NCBI GenBank assembly: GCA_903842505.1
Contig: CAIMMI010000011.1
Coordinates: 668 to 64,667, forward strand
From: an uncultured Verrucomicrobiota bacterium
GTDB taxonomy: Bacteria; Verrucomicrobiota; Verrucomicrobiia; Limisphaerales; UBA9464
DNA: 64,000 nucleotides
Reading direction: 5' to 3'
This document shows positions 9,058 through 18,847 of this stretch, in pieces. The notes under the pieces were generated by a model. It made no database searches. It saw nothing but the letters and a program-made list of their open reading frames with translations, and was not told the DNA's origin. Positions within the stretch are counted from its first letter, which is position 1. Each line of letters begins with the position of its first letter. Both the position numbers and the translations under genes were made by a program.

Positions 9058-10953
9058 ATGCACCTCGAGACCATCGATTGGATCATCATGGCAGTGGCGT
9101 TCGCCATCTACCTGGGCATTGGCCTCTTTGTCGGCAAGGACGCCGGGAAGGACTATGACAGCTACTTCCTCAGCGGGCGTTCGATGCCGTGGTGGCTTCT
9201 GGGCACCTCCATGGTCGCCACCACCTTCGCCACGGACACTCCGAACCTCGTTGCGGGCATCGTCCGTCGGGATGGCGTCATGGGCAATTGGGTCTGGTGG
9301 GCATTCCTGCTGACCGGTTCCACCACGGTCTTCCTTTTCGCCAAGCTCTGGAGACGCAGCAATGTCCTCACCGACATTGAGTTTTACGAACTCCGTTACT
9401 CTGGCAAACCCGCCGCCTTCCTGCGGGGCTTTCGAGCCGTCTATCTGGGTGTCTTCTTCAACGTCATCATCATGGCGAACGTCACCCTGGCTGCGATCAA
9501 GATCGGGGGGGTGCTCCTGGGACTCACACCCATGCAGAGCATCCTGATCGCGTCGGTCATCACGGTGTCCTACAGCATGGTCGGCGGGCTCACCGGAGTC
9601 CTCCTGACGGACCTGGTCCAGTTCGGTGTGGCGATGGTGGGATCCATCTGGGCAGCCCACTACATCCTCAGCCTGCCTGAAGTGGGTGGACTCGCCAGCC
9701 TCGTCGCCCGCCCGGAGGTCCAGTTGAAGATGGCCATGCTGCCCGACTTCTCCCAGATGCACGGGGAGCCATTCTTGGCCCTGTTCCTCATCCCGCTGAT
9801 GGTCCAGTGGTGGTCCGCCTACTATCCGGGAGCGGAACCCGGCGGCGGTGGCTACGTCGTCCAACGCGTGCTCGCCGCGAAGTCGGAAGGTCATGCGGTC
9901 GGCGCGACGCTGTTCTTCAATGTCATGCACTATGCCCTTCGCCCCTGGCCCTGGATCCTGGTCGCCCTTGCTTCGCTGGTGATCTACCCAATGGACCCGC
10001 CGGAGCGGATCGCAGCAGCCCAAAGCGCCATTGAGCGTGCCGGAGATCCGGCGAAGGTCGACGAAGCAACCCGCCTGGCCGCACGGGGCGTCACCTCGCT
10101 CCGGGCTTCGTTCCCAAAGATGCCCGAGGCCCAGATCGCCCATGACCTCGCCTACCCTGCCCTGCTCACCCGCCTGCCGGCCGGACTACTCGGGATTGTC
10201 GTCACATCCCTGATCGCCGCCTACATGAGTACGATGTCCACGCAGGTGAACTGGGGATCGAGCATCCTCGTCAACGACGTCTACCGACGCTTCATCCAAC
10301 CATCCGCAAGTGAGAACCAGATGGTGTGGGTGGGAAGATTCGGGACCCTTGGGCTGATGGCGGTGTCCTGCGGCGTTGCCCTTCTCCTTCAGGACGCCTT
10401 GAGCTCATTCGAATTGCTTCTCCAGATCGGCGCCGGCACAGGACTGCTCTTGCTGCTCCGATGGTTCTGGTGGCGTATCAATGCAGCCGCCGAGATCACG
10501 GCCATGGTGGTTTCCTTCGGAGTTGCCATCGCCTTCTTCGCCCTCAAGCGTGCGGGCGTCAGTGTTCCATCGGGCTCGAGCCAGATGCTCATCGGCGTTG
10601 GAATCACGACCGTGTCGTGGATCCTCGTCGCCCTGATCACCCCTCCCACCGACGAGGCGACACTCCGCGAATTCTACCGACGCATCCAACCCGGCGGCCC
10701 AGGCTGGGCCTACGTGCTGGGTCGCGCTGAGCACGAGCGCCTGCAAATCCGGAACACCCAGTTGAAGTCGGACCTTCCAATAGGACTGCTCGCTTCCGCG
10801 GGTGCCACGGCCGGCATCTGGGCCCTGATCTTCGCCAGTGGCTACTACCTGTATGGACGTCCGATGGCAGCGCTCGGCATGGGCATCGTCGCCGCAGTCG
10901 GGGCCGCCATCGTCTTCTTCTGCTGGAAGCGGCTATCCTTCTCCAAAAAGTAG
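9058..10953 (+). CDS. Sodium:solute symporter family protein
   Basis: YFLSGRSMPWW, SMVATTFATDTP, GGL.GV..TD, QRVLAAK, AAYMSTMST. Confidence 0.93.
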   Translation: MHLETIDWIIMAVAFAIYLGIGLFVGKDAGKDYDSYFLSGRSMPWWLLGTSMVATTFATDTPNLVAGIVRRDGVMGNWVWWAFLLTGSTTVFLFAKLWRRSNVLTDIEFYELRYSGKPAAFLRGFRAVYLGVFFNVIIMANVTLAAIKIGGVLLGLTPMQSILIASVITVSYSMVGGLTGVLLTDLVQFGVAMVGSIWAAHYILSLPEVGGLASLVARPEVQLKMAMLPDFSQMHGEPFLALFLIPLMVQWWSAYYPGAEPGGGGYVVQRVLAAKSEGHAVGATLFFNVMHYALRPWPWILVALASLVIYPMDPPERIAAAQSAIERAGDPAKVDEATRLAARGVTSLRASFPKMPEAQIAHDLAYPALLTRLPAGLLGIVVTSLIAAYMSTMSTQVNWGSSILVNDVYRRFIQPSASENQMVWVGRFGTLGLMAVSCGVALLLQDALSSFELLLQIGAGTGLLLLLRWFWWRINAAAEITAMVVSFGVAIAFFALKRAGVSVPSGSSQMLIGVGITTVSWILVALITPPTDEATLREFYRRIQPGGPGWAYVLGRAEHERLQIRNTQLKSDLPIGLLASAGATAGIWALIFASGYYLYGRPMAALGMGIVAAVGAAIVFFCWKRLSFSKK

Positions 10954-10979
10954 CCGCCCGGGGAGACTCCTGTCCCAGG

Positions 10980-13900
10980 TCACCCGAGTTTGCGAACCGC
11001 TTCCGCGATCGCCGGCTCGGCCCCGATGGTTCCCACCAACTCGTCCAGATATCCCGGGGTCTTGATCCTTTCGATCATGACCCGGGCGTGGCTCAGCCGA
11101 TCCCGGATTCCGAGACGTTGGGCTTCCTCGGCATAGCCGGGGCGGCCGAGGAACTTCTCCAGGTAATCGCTGTGCCGGCGCCAGAGGCGAAGGTCCAGGG
11201 TCTGCTTCGCCTTGAGGCGCTCCAGGTACCACGCCGAAGCCAGCATGTTTTCTCGGGAGAACAGTTCGCGAACCTTCGACGATTCCACCCCCTCCCCCTC
11301 GAAGTGGTCATCCCGCATGATATGCAGCAGCGCTCGCAGCGGCGGGCAGGCCAACTCGATGGATCCGTCGTTGAAGTAATGCTCGGCAACCCTCCGGTGT
11401 GTCTCGAGCACATTTGCCACTCCATCCGCGAATTCCGCCGGATCCTGCTGCTCTGGCCTCAGCATCGCTTCCGTCAGCACCGAATGCGGATGGTTGAAGA
11501 CCCGACCGAAGAAGTTGTTCACGAACCGGGGCGTGATCCGGTAGCCCAGCCGGCTGGCACGGACGGTCTTTCCGTCGATCTCCACATCCTGGCAGCGCTC
11601 CAGGTAACCGTTGGCCAGCAGGGAGCGCGGCTCCCGTTCCTCCACTCCCATCCGGCACCACAATTCGGGGACCAGAAGCGAGATGTCGTGATCCACTCGA
11701 AGTTTCGGCCCCACGCAACCGGCACTCGTCAGGAACCCGTCATAGCCCGTGACAATGAAGCCAACCAGCGCCGCGTTCAGGTCGTAGATCGGCGGCAGTG
11801 CATTGAACGGACCCTTTGTCAGCGCCCCCTCGCTTCCAGCGCCGGTCATGCTGGGCGATTTTCCCGTCATGCTGGAGATGAACTCCATGAAGAGCTCAGG
11901 CAACTCCAGGTAATGGATTGGCCCATAACACGCGAGGCTGCGGACCCCCTTCTCAGCCGGATTATTCCGCCGACCCGCCAAAACCGCGTGAACCGGCACG
12001 TTCAACGGAACACCGACGGGCAAGCGCCTCGCCAAGCGCGCCCCCACCTCCGCCACGTGCCAAGTGCGTGCGTTGAGCAGGTCCGGTCGCGTCTGGAGGT
12101 AGCGCGGATTCTTCGACGGCTTGCCATCGACAATCCGCGGCTCCGCAGAGCAGACGAAGTTCTGCTCCGTTGGATGATTCGCCACCGCCGACACCAGTCG
12201 CTGCATCGGCTCGGTGAACTGATGGAAGCCCACGGACTCTTCCACCATGTTTCGGGCATCCACCCGAGTCAGCGGTTGGTAGTTGCTGAAGAAATTGTCC
12301 GTCCTCTCGAAATCGGACTCCGCCGAGTGATCGTATCCGCGCACAACGGCGTCGTCCGGACGCTGGAAAAGGCGGAACTCCACGTTCTGCACAAACTTCA
12401 CGGAGGGCTGGATGCTCAGCTCCCCAACTTGCCCCGCCTTGGACCGGGGAACGATCACGCTGGCCGTGATGTCATCCTCAGCCTGAAGCTTCATCGACGG
12501 ATGGAAGTCCTTCCGCAGACCGAAGGTCCGCCATGCCCCGTCGTCCGCATAGCCCACGCGCAGGAACTGCGTTGCCAGACGCCGCCGGCCCAGGCGCAAC
12601 TCGTTCGCCGGAGTCCCGTTGATGACGTCCACGGAGAAATGCTCGCGCCAATGGTCGCCCCAAGACGGCTGCCAGAAACGCTTCACGACCAAGACGAGTT
12701 CCTTGATATGCGCCGGAATCGACGCCAACCACCGATTGTACTCATCCGAAAATTCGCTGCAGGGCGTCAGCAGCTTGATCACGGAACCCAGCGTCCGCTG
12801 CGGCGAAAGCACGGGCCGATGATCGCTTCCATTGCGGGCGTTGTCCCGGAAGCGGCGGGAGAAATCAGACTTCAATACCCCGTCGATGGCGTTGAAGTCG
12901 TTGTGGAAGTCCGCCACGAACACGGGTCCGTGGATGATGGCATCCGCGATCGGTTTGGAAATCTCGCTCTTGCCGCCGCCGCTGACCGTGCAGGGCTTGT
13001 GACAGAGGACACCTTCCGGGCGCGTGCCTACGAGCCGCCAGGCCCGATTGCCCTGAGGCTTCTCCAGATGAACCTTGAAGCCGCTGGGCAGGACGTAGGT
13101 GCGCCCCAACAACAGCTTGAGCCGACCTTCGCTCCCATCCGACCGCTTCCAGCGCACCGTCTGAGACTCCAGTTCGAACTGCACCGACTCGGGAACGTAA
13201 ATCACGTCCGGATAGGCCAGGTCCACCGCGTAGCCCTCCGGCTTCACTTCAACGCCGCCTCCAAGCAGGCCCACCGCCTCTTCAAAGGTGTGCGGATACT
13301 CCAGACGATGCTGATTCGCATCGTAGTCGCTCGCGAGGTCATAGCGCGCGAAGACCAGCGCGCCTCCAGCATGTTCCTCTTCGGAAAGGCCCAGAAGGTT
13401 CGAAGCGAAGCTCACCTGGGTCTTCACCTCCTTCTTGCAGTACCCAAAATAGTTGTCCGAGATGATCGTCACGATCGTGCCCGAGGCATCCCGAGCCGTG
13501 ATCTTGAACGCGTTGCCCCCGTTGTAGGGTTCGCCCTCCGTCTTCCAGCACATCCCGTCTCGCCGCTGACGCTCCGTCGCATCCTCCCATCGGGGCAATC
13601 CCAACTGGTCCTTGGGCACTCCAGTCAGATGTGGCGCCAGGATCACGCACCCCGTGTGACCGGACCAGTGCTCCACATCCAGTGCGGCATCGTTCTCCGG
13701 GAGATAGGGATCACCGGCATTGCCGAAGATGCTCTCGACGAAGTCCAGATTGGCCACCAGGGATCCCGGAACCAGAAACCGGATCTCCATCGACTTCGCC
13801 GGAAGGAAACCCGGGACCTCCGGGGAAACCACTGGCCTCAATTGCATCGAGACGAAGCACTCCGCGGCAACGTTCCCGACCGTGAATGGCAACCGTTGCA

Positions 13901-14429
13901 GTTCCGCCGGTGGCTGGAGGGCTCGCCTCAACAACGCCGCGAACGCTTCCCGGGGAACACCCTTCTTGTCGTCCGGGATCGGAAGCCCGCCTTCAACCAC
14001 ATGGAAGATCCCGGCAGTTGTCCGCCGGTCTGACTTCGGATTGTGCAGCACGCCGTTCCGGAGGCGGTAGCTCTTCAGCAACGGCGAACTGACTTGATCC
14101 TGCCCGGGCGGTAGCGACAGGACGCGCGCCAAGCCCGGGCGATCGAGAACCAGGGTCTTGGCGGGCAACTTGGGCGGGACGACGACATCACCCAGATAGT
14201 CGTACAGAAAGGACTGGATCCGATTATCGGCTGGGCACAGGTAGGTCGACAGCAACCGATCCTTCTCGCGTCCGTGCGCAATGAACAAGGCCATCGTCGC
14301 GTCCAAAGCCTCGCCCCCGCCCGGCAGCGGAATCGGGGAAAACCCCAATTCGGCCAACTTCAAGTTCAGGTGCTGATGCAGCGCTTCAGGGGCTTCAGGC
14401 TTCAGCCCGCTTCGATCGGATTGGTGCAT
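10980..14429 (-). CDS. PPi-dependent phosphoenolpyruvate carboxykinase (PEP carboxytransphosphorylase)
   Basis: 1149 aa; HNPKSDRRTT.G.FH, DNYFGYCKKEVKTQ, HKPCTVSGGGKSEISK, RLFQRPDDA, SMTGKSPS, GALTKGPFN. Confidence 0.9.
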   Translation of the reverse strand: MHQSDRSGLKPEAPEALHQHLNLKLAELGFSPIPLPGGGEALDATMALFIAHGREKDRLLSTYLCPADNRIQSFLYDYLGDVVVPPKLPAKTLVLDRPGLARVLSLPPGQDQVSSPLLKSYRLRNGVLHNPKSDRRTTAGIFHVVEGGLPIPDDKKGVPREAFAALLRRALQPPAELQRLPFTVGNVAAECFVSMQLRPVVSPEVPGFLPAKSMEIRFLVPGSLVANLDFVESIFGNAGDPYLPENDAALDVEHWSGHTGCVILAPHLTGVPKDQLGLPRWEDATERQRRDGMCWKTEGEPYNGGNAFKITARDASGTIVTIISDNYFGYCKKEVKTQVSFASNLLGLSEEEHAGGALVFARYDLASDYDANQHRLEYPHTFEEAVGLLGGGVEVKPEGYAVDLAYPDVIYVPESVQFELESQTVRWKRSDGSEGRLKLLLGRTYVLPSGFKVHLEKPQGNRAWRLVGTRPEGVLCHKPCTVSGGGKSEISKPIADAIIHGPVFVADFHNDFNAIDGVLKSDFSRRFRDNARNGSDHRPVLSPQRTLGSVIKLLTPCSEFSDEYNRWLASIPAHIKELVLVVKRFWQPSWGDHWREHFSVDVINGTPANELRLGRRRLATQFLRVGYADDGAWRTFGLRKDFHPSMKLQAEDDITASVIVPRSKAGQVGELSIQPSVKFVQNVEFRLFQRPDDAVVRGYDHSAESDFERTDNFFSNYQPLTRVDARNMVEESVGFHQFTEPMQRLVSAVANHPTEQNFVCSAEPRIVDGKPSKNPRYLQTRPDLLNARTWHVAEVGARLARRLPVGVPLNVPVHAVLAGRRNNPAEKGVRSLACYGPIHYLELPELFMEFISSMTGKSPSMTGAGSEGALTKGPFNALPPIYDLNAALVGFIVTGYDGFLTSAGCVGPKLRVDHDISLLVPELWCRMGVEEREPRSLLANGYLERCQDVEIDGKTVRASRLGYRITPRFVNNFFGRVFNHPHSVLTEAMLRPEQQDPAEFADGVANVLETHRRVAEHYFNDGSIELACPPLRALLHIMRDDHFEGEGVESSKVRELFSRENMLASAWYLERLKAKQTLDLRLWRRHSDYLEKFLGRPGYAEEAQRLGIRDRLSHARVMIERIKTPGYLDELVGTIGAEPAIAEAVRKLG

Positions 14430-14813
14430 GCGTTCGCGAGAATTTACGCCGGCAGCAGACCACCGGCGCTGGAACTCTACGGACGATCAGCCAGACGGCA
14501 AGCAACGGTCCTGACCCACCCGACGGAATGATTCATGATCCCGATCAACGACCATTCTCATGAAACCGTCCGTCACGGACCGCATATCGGCAGGACAGCG
14601 CCGGGGGCATTCGATGGAACTCCGGACCACTCGCTCGCACCCAACGTCCTGCATCCAATCATCCCCAAGATCCTGTAATCCCCGGCACTCATCCGGTGTC
14701 TCCTTCCACGCGACTCCTCAAACGGAGACCCTCAATGTGACCTGTCCCAGGAAAACGGCATTTGGATCTGTGCACGGCTGGGCCGCTCAGCGGCCTCCTC
14801 CGGCGTCCTTCGC

Positions 14814-15458
14814 ATGACGACGGCCCGAACCCACCCTTCCGTTACGTCGGCCAGCCATCCAAACTCTGGCCCGGCGCCTCAACCTGCTTCGACCCTCCTT
14901 CTGTCCAAGGTTCGAACCGGTGACGATCAGGCAGCCCAGGAACTGGTTGAGCACCTCTACCCACTCGTCCTGCGCATCGTTCGGGCTCATCTGCCCCGAC
15001 GCGCTGCCGAAGAGGATCTAGCCCAGGACATCTTCCTCAAAGTGTTCCAACACCTCGATCAGTTTCAGGGCCGGGTCCCCTTCGAACACTGGGTCTCCCG
15101 CATCGCCGTGAATCATTGTCGCAATGCCATCCGTGCCCAAACCTCCCGCCCCGAGTGGCGGATGTCCGATCTGGTCGACGACCCTCAGGGGTTGCTGGAC
15201 CGGCTCGACCACACGGACACAGCAGCGGCCGAGCCTGGCGACGACCTCGAAGCGGCAGAACTCGTCGAGCGGATCCTCTCGATCCTGCCCCCACGCGACC
15301 GAGCCCTCATCCGGTGGCTGGAAATGGAGGACCGCAGCATCGAACAGATTTCCCGCGAAACCGGGTGGTCAAGCACCCTGATCCGAGTACGTGCCTTTCG
15401 CGCCCGCCGGAAGCTCAACGCGAGATTTGGCCAACTTCGAAAGGAAGGAAGACTATGA
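14814..15458 (+). CDS. ECF RNA polymerase sigma-70 factor
   Basis: EDLAQDIFLKVF, WVSRIAVN.C, region 4 SIEQIS...VRAFRARRKL. Confidence 0.92.
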   Translation: MTTARTHPSVTSASHPNSGPAPQPASTLLLSKVRTGDDQAAQELVEHLYPLVLRIVRAHLPRRAAEEDLAQDIFLKVFQHLDQFQGRVPFEHWVSRIAVNHCRNAIRAQTSRPEWRMSDLVDDPQGLLDRLDHTDTAAAEPGDDLEAAELVERILSILPPRDRALIRWLEMEDRSIEQISRETGWSSTLIRVRAFRARRKLNARFGQLRKEGRL

Positions 15459-15751
15459 ATCCACTGGATCCTCGATTGAAGGAACTGCTCCGCCGCCACG
15501 CGGCCGGGCTTTCCGCGCCAACCTCGCCACCACCCGGCTTCGCGGCGACGGTTCTGACCCGCCGACACGTCGACGCAACCGCTGGGGCCAGCGCCGGACT
15601 CGACCAGATCCTTTTCGGCGCCACCGTGCTTTCGCTGCTCGTCATCGCCGTCGTTGGAATCTCCCTCGCCTACCGGTCCAACCATCCTCCGGCTACATCG
15701 AATTCGTGGGTCACGGCCTCCCAGTTCGCTGCCAGCCGCTTCATGCCATGA
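15455..15751 (+). CDS. Putative single-TM anti-sigma factor
   Basis: ATGA overlap with sigma gene, PPGFA..V motif, one transmembrane segment. Confidence 0.7.
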   Translation: MNPLDPRLKELLRRHAAGLSAPTSPPPGFAATVLTRRHVDATAGASAGLDQILFGATVLSLLVIAVVGISLAYRSNHPPATSNSWVTASQFAASRFMP

Positions 15752-16152
15752 AACCCAGTCGCACCCTTAAGATCGTTGCCGCCATGGTCCTCGTCTTCGT
15801 CGCCGGCGGCCTTGCGGGAAGTTTCATCACCGTCCTGCAAATCCAGCGCGCCTTCGAAAAAAGCCTGCAGTTCGAGAACTGGGCAGCAGACACCGAAGCG
15901 AAGCTGAGCCGGAAGCTCTCGCTTTCACCCGATCAGCGTTCCAAGACCCGAATCATCATCGGGGACATGGAGACGGAGTTCCGATCCATCTTCAGTCGCA
16001 CCTTTCGGGAGTCCGCTGAACTCCTCGTCCGGTCTGGGAAAAACCTGGATACACTCCTGACTCCGGAGCAGAGGGCGATCCATGCCGAGATGAAGGCCGA
16101 ACTGCGCCGAAATCTGAAGAAGGACCTGAAACTCGACCTTCCACCGGAATAG
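15748..16152 (+). CDS. Membrane-anchored periplasmic helical protein (Spy/CpxP/heavy-metal-sensor-like)
   Basis: N-terminal TM VFVAGGLAG, LSLSPDQ and LLTPEQ motifs; ATGA overlap. Confidence 0.75.
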   Translation: MKPSRTLKIVAAMVLVFVAGGLAGSFITVLQIQRAFEKSLQFENWAADTEAKLSRKLSLSPDQRSKTRIIIGDMETEFRSIFSRTFRESAELLVRSGKNLDTLLTPEQRAIHAEMKAELRRNLKKDLKLDLPPE

Positions 16153-16250
16153 CCAGCGACGCGCTGCGCGGACGAGTGAGCGGCAAGCCTCGCGAATGCC
16201 GCCGCCCACACGCCGCCGACGGAATGACCCTCGACGGCTATACCCCCCGA

Positions 16251-17153
16251 TCAGTCTACGTAGCGTCGGGTCAGGTCCCCGTAGGCGTCGATCCGTCGAT
16301 CCCTCAGGAAGGGCCAATGCGTGCGCGTCACGTCGACCTTTTCCAGATCGACTTCGACCATCAGGTTCTCCGGACGGTCCACCGAAGCCTTGCCCAGAAT
16401 CTGTCCGGACGTTCCCGCCACGAAGGACTGGCCCCAGAACTGGATCCCATCCCCACCCTCCGGCGTCTCGGTTCCAATCCGATTGACCGCGGCCACGTAG
16501 CAACCATTGGCGACCGCATGCGAGCGTTGGATGATCTCCCACGCGCCATGCTGGTTCGGGCCGTATTCGGCCTTTTCGGATGGGTGCCACCCAATCGCCG
16601 TCGGATAAAAGAGGATCTCTGCCCCCTGCAAGGCCGTCAGCCGTGCTCCCTCAGGGTACCACTGATCCCAGCACACCAGCACCCCCAAGCGACCATACCG
16701 CGTGTTCCAGACCCGAAAACCGGTATCCCCGGGCGTAAAGTAAAACTTCTCGTAGTAAAGGGGATCGTCGGGAATGTGCATCTTCCGGTAGATGCCGAGG
16801 AAACTGCCGTCCGCATCGATCACCACCGCCGTATTGTGGTAAAGGCCTTCAGCCCGCTTTTCGAACAAGGATGCGATCACGACCGCCTTATGCCGCCGCG
16901 CAACCTTCTGGAAGGCCTCCACGGAAGGCCCCGGGATCCGCTCAGCCAACTTGAAGTACTCGTGCTTCTCCGCCTGGCAGAAGTACTGGGAGCGAAACAA
17001 TTCCTGGGTGCAGATGATCTGCGCACCGTCCCGACCGGCCTGATCGGCCGCCTCCAGACAGGTGCGTAGGTTCTCACGTGGATCCGGTGTGCAGGCATGT
17101 TGGAGCAGGCCCAGCGTTACCTTTCGGGATTTTTTGGCAGTACTTCGACTCAT
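16251..17153 (-). CDS. Carbon-nitrogen hydrolase (N-carbamoylputrescine amidase-like)
   Basis: Triad QELF, YRKMHIPDDP.YYEKFYF.PGD, VCWDQWYPE; YPTAIGW, WPFLRDRR. Confidence 0.92.
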   Translation of the reverse strand: MSRSTAKKSRKVTLGLLQHACTPDPRENLRTCLEAADQAGRDGAQIICTQELFRSQYFCQAEKHEYFKLAERIPGPSVEAFQKVARRHKAVVIASLFEKRAEGLYHNTAVVIDADGSFLGIYRKMHIPDDPLYYEKFYFTPGDTGFRVWNTRYGRLGVLVCWDQWYPEGARLTALQGAEILFYPTAIGWHPSEKAEYGPNQHGAWEIIQRSHAVANGCYVAAVNRIGTETPEGGDGIQFWGQSFVAGTSGQILGKASVDRPENLMVEVDLEKVDVTRTHWPFLRDRRIDAYGDLTRRYVD

Positions 17154-18253
17154 CGGAGCTTTCGTTTGATCTGATCGAAAAGAGAGGACCCGCGCACGTT
17201 TCCGCTGGTCCGAGCCCGGGTTCGCGCCGTGCCTCCCGAGTCTTTTGTGCCGCCCGTCCCCCGGGTTGCGGCAGGGATCTTCAAGGTCCCACCCTTCGTT
17301 TTGGGGGCCGAGGAATCATCCTCCTCCCGGAAAAGTTCCCGGATGAACTTTCCCAGGGTCTCGTTCGTTGGACCGTAGCCCTTGTGGTAGATGAAATACT
17401 CCAAATCGTAGAGCAGTTCCTCCGCGGTCTGAAACCGGTCCGCCACGTTGCGGGCCATGGCTCGGTGCAGCATCTGGTTCAACCGGGGTTCCACATCGGG
17501 ATTCAGCGTCGTGAAATCCGGCAGCAAACATTCGACCACTCGTTGACGCGATTCCTCGGCAGTCGTCGCCTTGAAAACATTTTGTCCCGTCAGCAAAAGG
17601 GAAAGCACAACGCCGGCCGAGAAGATGTCCGATCGCTTGTCCGTGATTTGGAAGTCTGCCTGCTCAGGACTCATGAACTCGGGCTTGCCTGCAACCTCTT
17701 CGCCTTCCTTGTCCTTGAGGAACCCCCGTGCCTTGGCAATGCCGAAATCCGTCAACTTCACGTCCCCCTCAAAGGCTATCATGATGTTCTTGGGACTGAC
17801 GTCCCGGTGCACGATCCCCAGAAGACGGTCATCCCGATCCGTCTTGGAATGCGCGTAAGCCAAACCGCGAGCCAACCGGGACACGATGAAGACGGCCAAT
17901 TCGATCGGGAGCTTCCGGCGCCGTCGTTGGAGACACTCGATGAACTGCTCCAGATTCACCCCCCGGATCAGCTCCATGCAGATGTAGTACCCTCCCTCGA
18001 AATCCCCAAGATGGTAGGTCTGGACGATGTTCGTATGGATCAGGTCCGCCACAAGTTTGGCTTCGCCGATGAAGTTCTCGATGAACTCAGGCTGACGGGC
18101 GTATCTCTCGCGGATGACTTTGATCGCCACCCGCTTCACGAATCCGCGGGCCCCCTGTTGCTGTGCCTCGTAAACCACACCCATGCCTCCCTCATAGATC
18201 TTGCGTACCATTTCGTAACGCAGTTCACCGGGAATCAAGGTCAGCTCAGCCAC
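17150..18253 (-). CDS. Cytoplasmic Hanks-type Ser/Thr protein kinase
   Basis: GGMGVVY, VAIK, HRDVSPKN, DFG, MSPEQ, SDIFSAG; no TM segment. Confidence 0.93.
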   Translation of the reverse strand: MAELTLIPGELRYEMVRKIYEGGMGVVYEAQQQGARGFVKRVAIKVIRERYARQPEFIENFIGEAKLVADLIHTNIVQTYHLGDFEGGYYICMELIRGVNLEQFIECLQRRRRKLPIELAVFIVSRLARGLAYAHSKTDRDDRLLGIVHRDVSPKNIMIAFEGDVKLTDFGIAKARGFLKDKEGEEVAGKPEFMSPEQADFQITDKRSDIFSAGVVLSLLLTGQNVFKATTAEESRQRVVECLLPDFTTLNPDVEPRLNQMLHRAMARNVADRFQTAEELLYDLEYFIYHKGYGPTNETLGKFIRELFREEDDSSAPKTKGGTLKIPAATRGTGGTKDSGGTARTRARTSGNVRGSSLFDQIKRKLR

Positions 18254-18478
18254 GTCCCGATGGTGCTGGGCCGGGTCATCAAGTCAAGGCAGGCACCGGT
18301 GCCAACCCCACAGGCAGTGACCAATCCGGGCGATTCAACCCTGAAATCCGATATTTTCTGCGATATTCAGCCCATTCGCCGGAGTTTTTCCTTGCGAGGA
18401 AGGGGTGCGTTGTTTGAATCCGGCAACGGTTGGCGTTGCACGCCCACCTCAATCGCAAAATCTACTCCACGTCATATC

Positions 18479-18766
18479 ATGGCCAAAGCACTCACCAAGT
18501 CCCAGCTCGCCGCCGCCATCGCCGATCAGGCGGAGATCCCCAAGAAGCAAGCCGTTGAGATCCTCGATCTCATCGCAGCCCTTGCCTACAAGCATGCCAA
18601 GAACACCTTCACCCTCCCTGGCCTCGGCAAGCTGGTCCTCGTGAACCGCAAGGCCCGCATCGGCCGCAATCCCGCCACGGGCGCTGAAATCAAGATTCCG
18701 GCCAAGAAGGTCGTGAAGTTCCGCGTCGCCAAGGCGGCCAAGGAAGCGATCCTTGGCACGAAGTAA
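18479..18766 (+). CDS. HU family DNA-binding protein
   Basis: LTKSQL, LPGLGKL, RKARIGRNPATG..IKIPAK.VVKFR. Confidence 0.95.
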   Translation: MAKALTKSQLAAAIADQAEIPKKQAVEILDLIAALAYKHAKNTFTLPGLGKLVLVNRKARIGRNPATGAEIKIPAKKVVKFRVAKAAKEAILGTK

Positions 18767-18785
18767 GCCTTTCGCACCCTGCTAC

Positions 18786-18818
18786 CGGCACCCGGTCATC
18801 CCGGGTGCCGTTTTCATT
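18786..18818 (+). terminator. Intrinsic terminator after HU gene
   Basis: CGGCACCCGG-tcatc-CCGGGTGCCG followed by TTTTCATT. Confidence 0.8.
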
Positions 18819-18847
18819 CATACAGCTCAACCCCAAGCTCTGCGCCC

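Noticed and set aside
11088-14033. 981-aa plus-strand ORF
   Set aside because: Antisense shadow of PPi-PEPCK, typical of high-GC codon bias
17078-18478. Apparent 562-aa HU fusion
   Set aside because: The upstream part is antisense to the kinase; HU starts at 18479
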